Shown in pieces: positions 37,329 to 46,928 of a stretch of DNA of 64,000 nucleotides. How positions within the stretch are numbered: position 1 is the stretch's first letter; every line of letters starts with the position of its first letter. The stretch comes from a virus, in IMG/VR virus record IMGVR_UViG_3300037042_006682, positions 97,209 through 161,208 of that record; one strand, written 5' to 3'. Both the position numbers and the translations under genes were made by a program. The notes under the pieces are model-generated. The model searched no databases, was not told the origin of the DNA, and saw nothing but the letters and a program-made list of their open reading frames with translations.

Positions 37329-40118
37329 CTATTCGATGACCCACACCGTCCCGCCACTCGTGTTCAGCCAGAACATCCCGTTGGTGCTCTGGTAGTACAA
37401 CTGTCCCTGCACCCCCGTCACCGTGCCGTTCGGGTTCACCGCCCCCGTGAGCGTCCCCGGCGCGATGACCAACTGATCGATCGTCGCCAGCGCGTGCTGC
37501 ACCGTGGTATCCGCCGCTGTGAGATTGCGCGAGAAGGTCCCCGCCGCGACCCCGAGGTACGCCGCCTTGTCCGTAAACGTGTAGCCCGGCGCCGTGAGGT
37601 TGTCGAAGGTCGTCCCCGCCTGGAGGAGGGGCCGCGCACTGGGCGCATCGAACGCCACCTGCGCCGGGGCCGCCCCCGTCGCGCCGTCCCACCCGAACTT
37701 GTAGCTGCCCAGCGCACTCAACTCGCAATCGCTGAGCCCCTGGCCGTCCCCCGTGGGGCCGCCCAACTTGCCCGCGTAGCCGCCCGGCGTCCCGCGCGGA
37801 TGCACATCCCACCGGATCGCCCCACTGAGGATGGTCCCGCGCACCGCCTGGAGCTGCACGCACCCCCGCACGTCCTGGGCGAACTCGCACCCCCGCACCG
37901 TGAGCCACAGCATGTTCTCGGCCGTCAGCACCGTGGCCTCGCGCTCGCCACCGAGCACGCCCCCGCTGCCTACGCACCCATTGGCCACCACCTTGAGCGG
38001 TCCCGTCCGGCGGCCCGCCGTGAGCCCCCCGCTAGCCGCCGCGAGCACGCTACCATCGAGGCGCACCCCCTCGGCGATCAACGTACCCACCACGTCCCCC
38101 AGCGTCGCCGGGTTCGCGTTCTTGTACTCTAACCCCGCGAGGAGCCCCGCCTGGCGGGCCGTCCCCGTCGCGAGCACGCAGGCCAGGTGGTACGTCGTCA
38201 AACTCTGCCCGTACCAGTCCTCGGGGCGGTAGTACCACTGGACCAACCCACTGATGAGCCACCGATCGCCCACCACCGCGATGGTCCGCCGTCTGGGCAG
38301 CGTCACGGGACCGGCGTAGGTCCCCGGCGCGAGCACGAACTGCACTGGCACATCGAACTCGGCGAACGAGATCGGCGCCGCCACGGTCCCCACCGCGTGC
38401 GTCAACGTCTGGTAGGGCTTCTGGACCGTCCCGGTGCCCGTCGTGTCACTGCCGTTGTGCACGTCTACGTGGACGTTGCCGAACCCCGTGGGGATCGGTG
38501 CCCCACTGGGGCTCAGCGCATCGAGCGTCGCCAGGGCCTTCTGCACCGTGTCGTCCGCAGCGCTCAGGTTGCCCGAGAACCCCGCGCTATCCACGTGCGT
38601 GCCGAGCGCGCGCTCCGTGAAGGCGTAGCCCCGGCCGCCCGGCGTGGTCCCCGCGTCAAAGTTGTCGAACTGCGGCACGCCCCCGCTGGTCAGCGCGCGC
38701 CACGAGTAGCTGTCGCACCACACGGCCGCGGGCTCGTCCATCGTCGGGTCGGTCCCCGCATAGCCCGCTTGGAAGGTGCTCCCGTTGGCAGCTGTGTGCG
38801 CGAGCCCCGGCGCGGGGCCATCGATCCAGCCGCGCGCGTAGGCCGCCCCGCTCGGCTGCAGGGCGTGGCTCACCACGCCGAGCTGGCAGTGGTCAAGGGC
38901 CCGCAGGCGCACGTTGCCCAGCAGGCGCCACCCGCTGAAGTCGCTCCAGCTCGCCACGAGGTCGACCGCGTTGGGGCTCCACGCCGCCGCCGCAGGCTCC
39001 GCCTCGCCGAAGATGCAGAGGTAGGGGCTCGTGCCGTGCGTGTCGACGAATCGGCACCGCTCGACCGCCAAGGCCATCGTCCCGCAGGCATCACCCGCTG
39101 TTACCGACCCCGATGCCTGGTTCGTGATGCGCCCGTCCCGCCACTCGATCCCCGCCAGCACGAGGCGCTTCTGGGCGGGCATCGTCGCCCCCGCCCCGAC
39201 GTTCAGGTTGTAGGCGCGCAACTGGCCCAACATCCGCGCCGTCACCGCCATGCCAGCCTGCGCGCCACAAAGCACCCCCGCGTCGCCGTAGATCCCCACC
39301 GTGGGCTGGTCCGCCACGAGGTCGAGGCCCAGGCTCGCGTACTGCGTCGGGCTGATCCCCCACTCCAGATCGCCGCTGATCACGTAGGCGGCGCCCCGCA
39401 GGATCACCGCCTGGCGCCGCGGCAGCGTCACCGCCCCCGCATAGGTGCCCGGCGCGAGCACGAAGATCAGGGGCACCCGGAAGGCCTCTGCCGTCGCCGC
39501 CACGGGCTGCGCGTTCGCCGCCACCACCAGCGTCTTGTAGGGCTTCGCCGGCGTACCGTCCCCGCTCGTGTCGCTCCCGTACACCGCATCGACGTAGACC
39601 ACGCCGTAGCCGCCGGGGATCGTGCCCCCGCCGCCGCCGCCGCTGCCCGCATGGGCGAACAGCACCGCCGCGACGCCCGGCACCATCTTCGCCGCGTTCC
39701 ACCACGTGATGCTGTAGTCGCCGTTGACGTAGCCCAGCACGCGGTGGTCGGGGTCGATGGGGACGCCGTTCTGCCACAGCTCCAGGAGGACGGTGGTCTC
39801 CGTCGTGGATCCCGCGGGCACGCGCGCCACCACCAGCCAATCCGGCTGGAGGGTCAGGGGCACCGCGCTGCTGATAATCATGGTGGTCTGCAGGGTGCGG
39901 CTCACGAGCCGCGCATCCCCCGCCAACACCAGGCGAAAACCGCCGCCATGGGGCGCGATCGTCGCCTCGGGCAGATCCTGGAAGACCCACGCCGCGGCCT
40001 CCAGCTGCTCGAAGATCAACGCGTCGATGGCCACGGCAAAGTCGCTAAACTGGTGCCACCACCCCTGGGCGTTCTCGTTCGGGTAGGGGACCTTGAATCG
40101 CGGGGTCTTCGCCGGCAT
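37329..40118 (-). CDS. Fibre/spike protein: shared TPRFKxPYP N-terminal domain plus two duplicated beta-helix-like domains
   Basis: Two copies of VxVDxxxGSDTxGxGTxxKPYxTL..F.LAPGTYAGxVTLPRR; two copies of FSxNLxAADxTVQxALATxD. Confidence 0.75.
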   Translation of the reverse strand: MPAKTPRFKVPYPNENAQGWWHQFSDFAVAIDALIFEQLEAAAWVFQDLPEATIAPHGGGFRLVLAGDARLVSRTLQTTMIISSAVPLTLQPDWLVVARVPAGSTTETTVLLELWQNGVPIDPDHRVLGYVNGDYSITWWNAAKMVPGVAAVLFAHAGSGGGGGGTIPGGYGVVYVDAVYGSDTSGDGTPAKPYKTLVVAANAQPVAATAEAFRVPLIFVLAPGTYAGAVTLPRRQAVILRGAAYVISGDLEWGISPTQYASLGLDLVADQPTVGIYGDAGVLCGAQAGMAVTARMLGQLRAYNLNVGAGATMPAQKRLVLAGIEWRDGRITNQASGSVTAGDACGTMALAVERCRFVDTHGTSPYLCIFGEAEPAAAAWSPNAVDLVASWSDFSGWRLLGNVRLRALDHCQLGVVSHALQPSGAAYARGWIDGPAPGLAHTAANGSTFQAGYAGTDPTMDEPAAVWCDSYSWRALTSGGVPQFDNFDAGTTPGGRGYAFTERALGTHVDSAGFSGNLSAADDTVQKALATLDALSPSGAPIPTGFGNVHVDVHNGSDTTGTGTVQKPYQTLTHAVGTVAAPISFAEFDVPVQFVLAPGTYAGPVTLPRRRTIAVVGDRWLISGLVQWYYRPEDWYGQSLTTYHLACVLATGTARQAGLLAGLEYKNANPATLGDVVGTLIAEGVRLDGSVLAAASGGLTAGRRTGPLKVVANGCVGSGGVLGGEREATVLTAENMLWLTVRGCEFAQDVRGCVQLQAVRGTILSGAIRWDVHPRGTPGGYAGKLGGPTGDGQGLSDCELSALGSYKFGWDGATGAAPAQVAFDAPSARPLLQAGTTFDNLTAPGYTFTDKAAYLGVAAGTFSRNLTAADTTVQHALATIDQLVIAPGTLTGAVNPNGTVTGVQGQLYYQSTNGMFWLNTSGGTVWVIE

Positions 40119-40132
40119 CCGCCACCATCTCC

Positions 40133-40151
40133 TTGAGTGTCATCCACTCAA
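40133..40151. promoter_or_regulatory. Perfect inverted repeat TTGAGTG-N5-CACTCAA overlapping an RBS
   Basis: Overlaps the AAGGAG of 37329-40118. Confidence 0.6.
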
Positions 40152-40178
40152 AATAGGCTTCCCCCCCACACTACCCGA

Positions 40179-40445
40179 TCACGGCACCGCGCGCACGATT
40201 TGAGGCACCTCGCGGTTGGCCGGACCACTATCCGGCGGGCACGCGATCCCCTCGCCCGCCTGCACCAGCCCCCCCGACACGTACATGGCCCACCCCCCGA
40301 TCGTCCGCTCCACCCCCGCCGCATCCAACACCAGGGAGGTCGTCCCCGGCACGCCCTGCGGGGCCTCGGCATCCGTGGCCAGGGATGTCGTCCCCGGCAC
40401 GCCCTGCGCCATCCCCCCGAGCACCGCCACGTTGTAGCTCGCCAT
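40179..40445 (-). CDS. Small repeat protein (QGVPGTTSL x2; C-terminal REVP)
   Basis: GAGGTG RBS; 48-bp internal repeat. Confidence 0.7.
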   Translation of the reverse strand: MASYNVAVLGGMAQGVPGTTSLATDAEAPQGVPGTTSLVLDAAGVERTIGGWAMYVSGGLVQAGEGIACPPDSGPANREVPQIVRAVP

Positions 40446-40458
40446 CGCTCACCTCGCC

Positions 40459-40478
40459 CTGCGTACGCGCATGCGCAG
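40459..40478. promoter_or_regulatory. YR palindrome CTGCGTACGCGCATGCGCAG
   Basis: Intergenic, 2 bp after a stop. Confidence 0.8.
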
Positions 40479-40480
40479 CC

Positions 40481-41461
40481 TCACGGGATGGCCGGCTGGC
40501 TGCCATCCCATCCGATCAGCAGGTCGCCCATGACGATCCAGTCCCAGGGGTCGCCCGTCCCGCGCGCGTAGGCCCCGTCCGGCAGCACGCTCGGCGCCAG
40601 GTACATGTCCCAGGGCTCGCCCGGCTTGCCCCGCGACGCCGTGTTCTCCGAGATGAACCCCGTGGGCAGGAAGTTCCAGCACCCGTCCCCGTCCGGCCGG
40701 TTCAGCAGCGTCTCCGTGACGAGCCCGCCCTTCGCGGTCTCCCCGCTGAGCCGCAGCGTCGTCGTCGAGGCCGCCAGCGTCGTCTTGGGGCCCGCCGCCG
40801 CCGTCTGCACGAGGTTCGCGATCGTCGGCGCCTTCACGTACCCCACGTAGGGGTTCGTCCAGTACGCCTCGGGGTTCCGCGCCTTCTCGACCCACAGCAG
40901 CGCCTGCACCACCCCGCCGTTGCAGAGGAAGGCCCGCGTGCTCTGCCCATCCGCCGCCATGACCCGCAGCACGCCCCCGCTCCCCGTCGTGGGCAGCGCC
41001 GTGGGCAGGATCGCCCCCGCGAGCAGGGACACCGCATCGGTCGCCGTCGGCGCCGCCGTCGTACTACCGTCTGTGAATCCAGCGGCGGGCGAGATCGAGA
41101 TGTTCATGGATTGCCCCTGCGCCGACGCGATCGAGCAGTCGAGGAGGAGCTGGAGATAGCCCGGCGCCACCCCGACGTTCACCTGCTGAAGCACGATCCA
41201 GGAGCGCGCCCCGCTCGTCGCAAACGTGATCTTCGAGTAGTCCACCCAGCGGTCTAGCCCGTCGCTCACGCTGGCCGTCGCGCCGTCGCTCGATCCCCGC
41301 ACCGCCCAGGCATTCGGCCCCGCCTTGGCCCCATTGTTCCCGTACTGCAGGGCCTCCTTGAGGTCCCACCAGATCCACTTGTTCAGCGTCAGGATGTCGT
41401 ACGCCGCGCTCTGGTGGTAGAGCAGCTTCGCCACCCACGTCTTGGCCCGCGTCAGCGCCAT
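40481..41461 (-). CDS. Paralog 7 of the ~330-aa putative receptor-binding family
   Basis: KTW..W.V.GSSDG..DGLDRW..SWIVL..GFTDG..PTATD..GDLL..DG. Confidence 0.8.
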   Translation of the reverse strand: MALTRAKTWVAKLLYHQSAAYDILTLNKWIWWDLKEALQYGNNGAKAGPNAWAVRGSSDGATASVSDGLDRWVDYSKITFATSGARSWIVLQQVNVGVAPGYLQLLLDCSIASAQGQSMNISISPAAGFTDGSTTAAPTATDAVSLLAGAILPTALPTTGSGGVLRVMAADGQSTRAFLCNGGVVQALLWVEKARNPEAYWTNPYVGYVKAPTIANLVQTAAAGPKTTLAASTTTLRLSGETAKGGLVTETLLNRPDGDGCWNFLPTGFISENTASRGKPGEPWDMYLAPSVLPDGAYARGTGDPWDWIVMGDLLIGWDGSQPAIP

Positions 41462-41470
41462 CGCGCCCTC

Positions 41471-42502
41471 CTAGTCGAGCACGACGGCCCCGCCGTCGCT
41501 CGCGTGCATGATGTCCCCCACGACCACCCACTGGCGGGTCCCGTCGTTCGGGTAGTAGTCGCCGTTCGCCATGTTCTGATGCACCCAGTAGGCATCTGAT
41601 AAACGCCCCATATAGCCGATCGACTGCGCACACGTCCCCACGATCCCCACGGGGCTACACATCCAGTTGCCGTTCGGGTCCGCCCCACCCAAGATCGCCT
41701 GCTTGCCGAGGGCCCCCGCCGTTCCAAACCCGTCCGCGCTGAGGTAGGCCGGGATGCCCGACACGACTCCCGCGCGTGTGAACAGCCCAATGCTCGCCTC
41801 GTTCAGATTGGCATACGTCGGCGTCTCGCTGTACCCCGCCAAGCACGGCTTGTCCCACCACGTCTTCGCCGCCTGGGGCTTCTCAAAGCACCACATGTGC
41901 AGCGTCCCCATCGCGTTGGAGGAGAACAGGATCCGCGTCTTGCTACGATCCGCCGAACTGAGGATGTTGAACCCCCGCGCCGCATCGCCGTAGTACGAAA
42001 ACCCCGCGTTCAGGGTGGACAGCATCGGCACCTGGTCGCTCGCGGTGGGCCGCACCGTCACGCTCCCCCCCGTGAAGCCCGCGCCGTAAGACTCGATCAA
42101 CACGATGGGGTACATCATCGATTCGGATGTCATCTCGGGGGCCAGGTAGATCTGGTAGCCCGCCCCATCCGCGCTGATCGCCGTGTTCCGCAGCACAATC
42201 CACGACATCTTGCCAACATGCGGCGCATAGGTCCATGTCCCCGTCACGGCGTGCATGTCGATCCACCGATCGACGCCGTCCATGCCCGCCGTGACGTTCA
42301 CGCCATCCCACCCGCAACTCCCCACGACGGTCCACCCCACCGTCTTCAGGGCCTCCTTCAGCAGGTAGATCATCTTGCGCATCTGCCGGACCTGCGTGTA
42401 CTCCGTCGGTCCGCGCGGCACCGCCGATGGCAAGTTGGCCGTCCCAGCGGGCACCCCGCCATAGACCCGCGTCCACGTGAACTCACGCGCTGGCGCCGTC
42501 AT
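41471..42502 (-). CDS. Paralog 6 of the ~330-aa family
   Basis: GWTVVGSCG..GMDGVDRW..SWIVL..GFTGG..RPTASD..GDI. Confidence 0.8.
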   Translation of the reverse strand: MTAPAREFTWTRVYGGVPAGTANLPSAVPRGPTEYTQVRQMRKMIYLLKEALKTVGWTVVGSCGWDGVNVTAGMDGVDRWIDMHAVTGTWTYAPHVGKMSWIVLRNTAISADGAGYQIYLAPEMTSESMMYPIVLIESYGAGFTGGSVTVRPTASDQVPMLSTLNAGFSYYGDAARGFNILSSADRSKTRILFSSNAMGTLHMWCFEKPQAAKTWWDKPCLAGYSETPTYANLNEASIGLFTRAGVVSGIPAYLSADGFGTAGALGKQAILGGADPNGNWMCSPVGIVGTCAQSIGYMGRLSDAYWVHQNMANGDYYPNDGTRQWVVVGDIMHASDGGAVVLD

Positions 42503-42503
42503 C

Positions 42504-42731
42504 TCACACCTCCCGGCGCGGCCACCGCCGCGTCAAATAGGGCACCTCTCGAAGGATCTGCGCGTACCACGGGGGGCACGTCGCCCCGAGCGTCCCCTGC
42601 GCGGGATCCAGCGCGTAGCCCTCCATCCCCACCTGCGCCCCGCCCACCGCCGGGTCCACCCCATAGCTCGCGATCGTGAGCTGCGCCCCGCTGCTCGCGG
42701 GATCGACCGCATAGGCGTTCACGTTGGCCAT
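42504..42731 (-). CDS. Small repeat protein (Y(A/G)(V/L)DPA x3; C-terminal REVP)
   Basis: GAGGAGG RBS. Confidence 0.7.
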   Translation of the reverse strand: MANVNAYAVDPASSGAQLTIASYGVDPAVGGAQVGMEGYALDPAQGTLGATCPPWYAQILREVPYLTRRWPRREV

Positions 42732-42740
42732 CGCGCCTCC

Positions 42741-43778
42741 TCACGGCAGCATCAGGTGCGTGCCGTCCCACGGGACGATCATGTTGTAGAGGTTGATGAA
42801 CTGGCGCTCTCCCCCGCCCGTCGAGGCGATGTACTCGCCCAGCGGCATGCTCTGGGGCGCCAGCCACAGATCGAAAAACTCCCCGAGGCGCCCGCGCATC
42901 ACCGTCGAGCAACTGATGATGCCCGCTGGGGAGACCACCCACTCCCCGTTGAAGTCCGGCCGCTGCAGGGGCGCCTTGTTGATGATCCACCCGTAATAGA
43001 ACCCGCCGGGACCGATCCCCGAGATCCCCGTCCCCTCGGCCGTGAACCGCGCCGTGATCGGCGTGGCCCCTATGCGCGTCCGGAGGGGATCCCCGCCAAC
43101 CTCGCCCGCAAACCACGCCCACATCGTCTGGCTATACCCCGTGGCTACCGAAAACAGACACGGATTGGGCCACCAACTCACGGGATTCTTGACCTTCTCC
43201 ATGAAGATCAACGCCAGTGGCGGCCATCGCCCCACCTCAATGCCCCCGCCTTGCGAGAAGAATACCCGCGTGACCTCGCCATCCGTGCTCTTCACGCAAT
43301 TCACCCCCACCGTGTAGGGCAAGAATTGATTGGTCGACGTGTGCCAGACATTCAGCCACGTCACCTCATCACTGGCCGTCGGCCGCACGATCGTCGTGCC
43401 GCCCGCGAACCCCGCACTAAAACTTGCCACAAGGTTCGCGTACAACGCCGTGGTCACCTTCATGTCGATGAGGAGCTGGTAGTACCCCGGCGCGAGTCCC
43501 ATCGCGGGCTGCCGGAGGATGATCCAGGAGTGCGCCGCCGTCGTGCTAGCGATAATCTTGTTGTAGTCCGTCCAACGGTCCACCCCATCCATCCCGTAGG
43601 TGCTGCCGTCGCACGACCCCATAACCTCCCAAGCCCCCGGCCCCCCCTTGATGCCACCGCTGCCATATAACAGGGACTCCTTGAGCGCCCAGAGATTCCC
43701 CCTCGCGTTTCCCGTCTCAGAGGAGAACGACACCGACACCATCTTGGTGAAGTAGGTTTTGATCGCCGTCAGCGCCAT
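42741..43778 (-). CDS. Paralog 5 of the ~330-aa family
   Basis: Start MALTAIKTY after GAGGAGG; same motif set. Confidence 0.8.
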   Translation of the reverse strand: MALTAIKTYFTKMVSVSFSSETGNARGNLWALKESLLYGSGGIKGGPGAWEVMGSCDGSTYGMDGVDRWTDYNKIIASTTAAHSWIILRQPAMGLAPGYYQLLIDMKVTTALYANLVASFSAGFAGGTTIVRPTASDEVTWLNVWHTSTNQFLPYTVGVNCVKSTDGEVTRVFFSQGGGIEVGRWPPLALIFMEKVKNPVSWWPNPCLFSVATGYSQTMWAWFAGEVGGDPLRTRIGATPITARFTAEGTGISGIGPGGFYYGWIINKAPLQRPDFNGEWVVSPAGIISCSTVMRGRLGEFFDLWLAPQSMPLGEYIASTGGGERQFINLYNMIVPWDGTHLMLP

Positions 43779-43788
43779 ACCATCCTCC

Positions 43789-44850
43789 TCAGTCCAGCGG
43801 TACGGGGTTGCCGTCATTCGGCAACAACAGATCGCCGAACACGAAGAAATCGAAGGTCGCCGTCGGCAGGTACTCACCCGTTGCCATCGCTGCGGGCACA
43901 AACCAGAGATCCTCGCGCCGCCCAAACCACCCCGCAATCGCGCCGAACGCACTCACGCCCACACGCGTCGCGATCCAATTGCCCCCGCCGTCGACCGTCT
44001 GCGTGTAATCCAACTGGCCCAGCGCCGCCCGCTCGTAGTAGTTGTTCGCGCACCCCGTCGTCTCGGAGGTATTGGCCACCCCTGTCTGGTAGTCACCTAC
44101 CCGCGTGACCATGCGGGTCAGGGTATCCGTCTGGCCCCCCTGCAAAGAAAACGTCTCCGCCCGGTAGTATGCCCCCGCTACCGTCGCGATATATGGCTTG
44201 TCCCACCACGCTCGACGCCCCGCCACGGCCGCCACCTCGAAGCACCACACGTAATTCAGGTAATGATCCGCCCCCTCGTGGCATGTCATGCAGATCCGCG
44301 TCATCGTGTGATCGGTGGTCCACAGGCAATTAACACCCACTGTTGCAGTCGAACTAGAGTGCACCGCCGATCGATAGTATGCGTACTCCCCTTTATCCAA
44401 GATGACCTGCTCATCGCTCGCCGTCGGCCGCGCCGTCGTCGTCCCCCCCGTGAAGCCCCCGCCCCACGAGTCCACGAGCGTCATGCAATGCGTGTTGTTC
44501 ACCGTCGCATTGCACGCGATGCAGATCTGATAACCCTGCCCACTCGCGTTGATCGCCGTCTGGCGCAGCACGATCCACGAGAAATAGCCGCCCGTGGTCT
44601 CCGTCCAGCGCACCGCCACGGTATCCGGCCAACGGTCCACGCCATCCATGCCACTCGCCCAGACCGCCCCCACGTAGCCGCAACTCCCCACGACGGTCCA
44701 CCCCGCGCCGAGCAGCAGCGTCTTGATGGCCCACATGTTCGCGCGGTGCCCCGGCGAGAAGTTCGTCTGGCCCGCCTGTGCCACAGGCTTATCTGCTACC
44801 GTCACCTGGCGGTACGCCCGCTGCCACGTCTTCACCTTCGTGATCGCCAT
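43789..44850 (-). CDS. Paralog 4 of the ~330-aa family
   Basis: MAITKVKTW; same motif set. Confidence 0.8.
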   Translation of the reverse strand: MAITKVKTWQRAYRQVTVADKPVAQAGQTNFSPGHRANMWAIKTLLLGAGWTVVGSCGYVGAVWASGMDGVDRWPDTVAVRWTETTGGYFSWIVLRQTAINASGQGYQICIACNATVNNTHCMTLVDSWGGGFTGGTTTARPTASDEQVILDKGEYAYYRSAVHSSSTATVGVNCLWTTDHTMTRICMTCHEGADHYLNYVWCFEVAAVAGRRAWWDKPYIATVAGAYYRAETFSLQGGQTDTLTRMVTRVGDYQTGVANTSETTGCANNYYERAALGQLDYTQTVDGGGNWIATRVGVSAFGAIAGWFGRREDLWFVPAAMATGEYLPTATFDFFVFGDLLLPNDGNPVPLD

Positions 44851-44853
44851 CGC

Positions 44854-45816
44854 CTACACCTCGAAGCCCAGGCCGCGCAGGGCCACGTGGACCGTCACGG
44901 GGGTGGCCCCCGCGTTGCTGACCCGCCAGTAGAGGGTGCCCCCCGTGAGCCCCTCGATCCCAGCCGGGTTGCGGTCCACCCAGGGGCCGTCCACCGCCGG
45001 GTTCCACCGCGCCTCGACCCCCGCGTAACCGATCTGGTAGAGCAGGGTCGGCCCGCCCGTGAAGGCCGCGTCCCCCAGTTCGATGTCGACCGCCTCGGAG
45101 GCCCCCGCCGTCACCGTCGCCACGAGGCTGTAAAGGACCCCCTCGCCCACCCCGATGACGACCGCCCCCAGCGCCACCTCGCCGTTCGGCACGGCCGCCT
45201 CGAACGTCGCTGTCCAGCGCCGCGCATGCAGGTCCCCGTCGTCCAGGTGCTCGCGCACCTCCTGGGCCATCGACACGTGGGCGGTGCCCCCATCGCTGGA
45301 GAGCCCGCGCGCCCAGATCGCCTCCGTCGCCACGCCGCCCCCCGCGTGCGAGAAGAGCCGCGCGGTCTCCCCGACCGTCAGGACGCTCGCGTTCCACCAC
45401 GCGATCGAGGAGTCCGCCCGCACGTAGCCCAGCACGCGGTAGTCCGCCTCGATGGGCACCCCGTTCTGCCGCAGCTCCAGGGCCGTCGTCGCCGCGGCCC
45501 GCGCCCCGCTTGTCACGCGCACCACCACGACCCACCCCGGCACGAGGGCCAGGGGGCTCGCATAGCCAATGGTCACCTGCGTCTGGTAGGTGCGGCTCAG
45601 CGCGATGCAGGGCCCCAGCAGGCGCAGCTGATAGCCGCCCCCCGCGGCCTCGATCGTCGCCTCCGGCAGCGCCACGAAGGTCCACGCGTTGGCCTCCAGC
45701 CCCCCCAGCATGGCCGTGTCGATGCCCGTCGCGAAGTCCTGGAAGACCTCCCACCAGCTCTCCGCCGTGCTGCCCGGATAGGGGAACTTGAACCGTGGGG
45801 TCTCCTGGCGCGCCAT
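44854..45816 (-). CDS. Protein with the shared RQETPRFKxPYP N-terminal domain and a short C-terminal beta domain
   Basis: N-terminal ~155 aa alignable by eye to 49009-50652 and 37329-40118. Confidence 0.8.
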   Translation of the reverse strand: MARQETPRFKFPYPGSTAESWWEVFQDFATGIDTAMLGGLEANAWTFVALPEATIEAAGGGYQLRLLGPCIALSRTYQTQVTIGYASPLALVPGWVVVVRVTSGARAAATTALELRQNGVPIEADYRVLGYVRADSSIAWWNASVLTVGETARLFSHAGGGVATEAIWARGLSSDGGTAHVSMAQEVREHLDDGDLHARRWTATFEAAVPNGEVALGAVVIGVGEGVLYSLVATVTAGASEAVDIELGDAAFTGGPTLLYQIGYAGVEARWNPAVDGPWVDRNPAGIEGLTGGTLYWRVSNAGATPVTVHVALRGLGFEV

Positions 45817-45825
45817 CCTGTGTTC

Positions 45826-46005
45826 CTACTCCTCGGTCCTCGTGAGGATCCCGCCGTAGCCGCCCGCCTGGTTGATCGTCAACTCGACGGTGATCGGCGT
45901 GCCATCTTCGGTCGCCGTCGGATCCTCGGCGATCTGCGCCACGTACTCCGTCATGTAAAACGGCGGGAGCATCCCCGTAGGGATCCAACTGGTACGCGCG
46001 ACCAT
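45826..46005 (-). CDS. 59-aa hypothetical protein (not in the ORF track)
   Basis: GGAGGTG RBS; MVARTSWIPTGMLPPFY...TRTEE fills the gap exactly. Confidence 0.65.
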   Translation of the reverse strand: MVARTSWIPTGMLPPFYMTEYVAQIAEDPTATEDGTPITVELTINQAGGYGGILTRTEE

Positions 46006-46013
46006 GTCACCTC

Positions 46014-46928
46014 CTATAACACCAACGCGGTGCCGTCATTGCCTAGCACCATGTTGCCAATGACCACCTGTGTCTTGATGTCATTCCCAGGGCCAGGGAA
46101 GGTATCGCCCGTAAGCAACTGCGTCGGTGCCCACCAAGCATCCGCGCAATATCCATAAAGTCCTACGTTACCAACGCGATAGCCAGTCCCATAACAAACC
46201 ATAGGATGCAACGGCCACTTACCATCATTGTCCCCCGAGGCACCTACTGCGGTCGCAATTAAAGAATTTACAGAAAGGTAAATGGGCACTTTTAGACCAT
46301 CTACAATACAATATAAATAATCGTAATCACTCGCCAATGCTGTCTTTTCACTAACTGTCGCAAGATGCGGACTGGAAAACCACGCAGGGGGATCCACTGG
46401 ACGATCAAACATCATATATCCCTGAACCGTCGTAGGGCCGATGAACAGACGCGTACACTCAAAATCAGACGAATTAAAGACGTTAGCTGACAAGGTTGTC
46501 AACGCCGACGTCGCCTTCCACCACGTGTTAATCTGATAAGAAAAAGTCGATGTCGGTTTGTACTGTAACGACCCCCCCGTAAACCCCACCACGGAAATGT
46601 CACAATTGGCACGCTCTGTCGCCCCAGCCATAAAAAAATCAAACAACACCTGAAATCCCGTCGTGATGTGGTCATTCTGCAACACCACCCACGAATGATT
46701 AACGCCCGCTGCTCCACCAACAATATGCGCCGGAGTGTCCGCTGTAATATTATCCCCCGCACCAGCGGTATCCACCCCATTGCTAGAGGACACTACCGTC
46801 CAACCACAATTGGCAGCCAGGTGCTTGTAGATACGCTCAAACAAGATTTTGTGCGCATTTTGCGAGGAGGACCCCGTGGCCGTCAACCGCGTCTTCGTCC
46901 ACACCTTGCTATTGGAAATTTCAGCCAT
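46014..46928 (-). CDS. Paralog 3 of the ~330-aa family (low GC)
   Basis: MAEISNSKVW..GWTVVSSSNG..HSWVVL..GFTGG..KPT..GNMVLGNDG. Confidence 0.8.
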   Translation of the reverse strand: MAEISNSKVWTKTRLTATGSSSQNAHKILFERIYKHLAANCGWTVVSSSNGVDTAGAGDNITADTPAHIVGGAAGVNHSWVVLQNDHITTGFQVLFDFFMAGATERANCDISVVGFTGGSLQYKPTSTFSYQINTWWKATSALTTLSANVFNSSDFECTRLFIGPTTVQGYMMFDRPVDPPAWFSSPHLATVSEKTALASDYDYLYCIVDGLKVPIYLSVNSLIATAVGASGDNDGKWPLHPMVCYGTGYRVGNVGLYGYCADAWWAPTQLLTGDTFPGPGNDIKTQVVIGNMVLGNDGTALVL

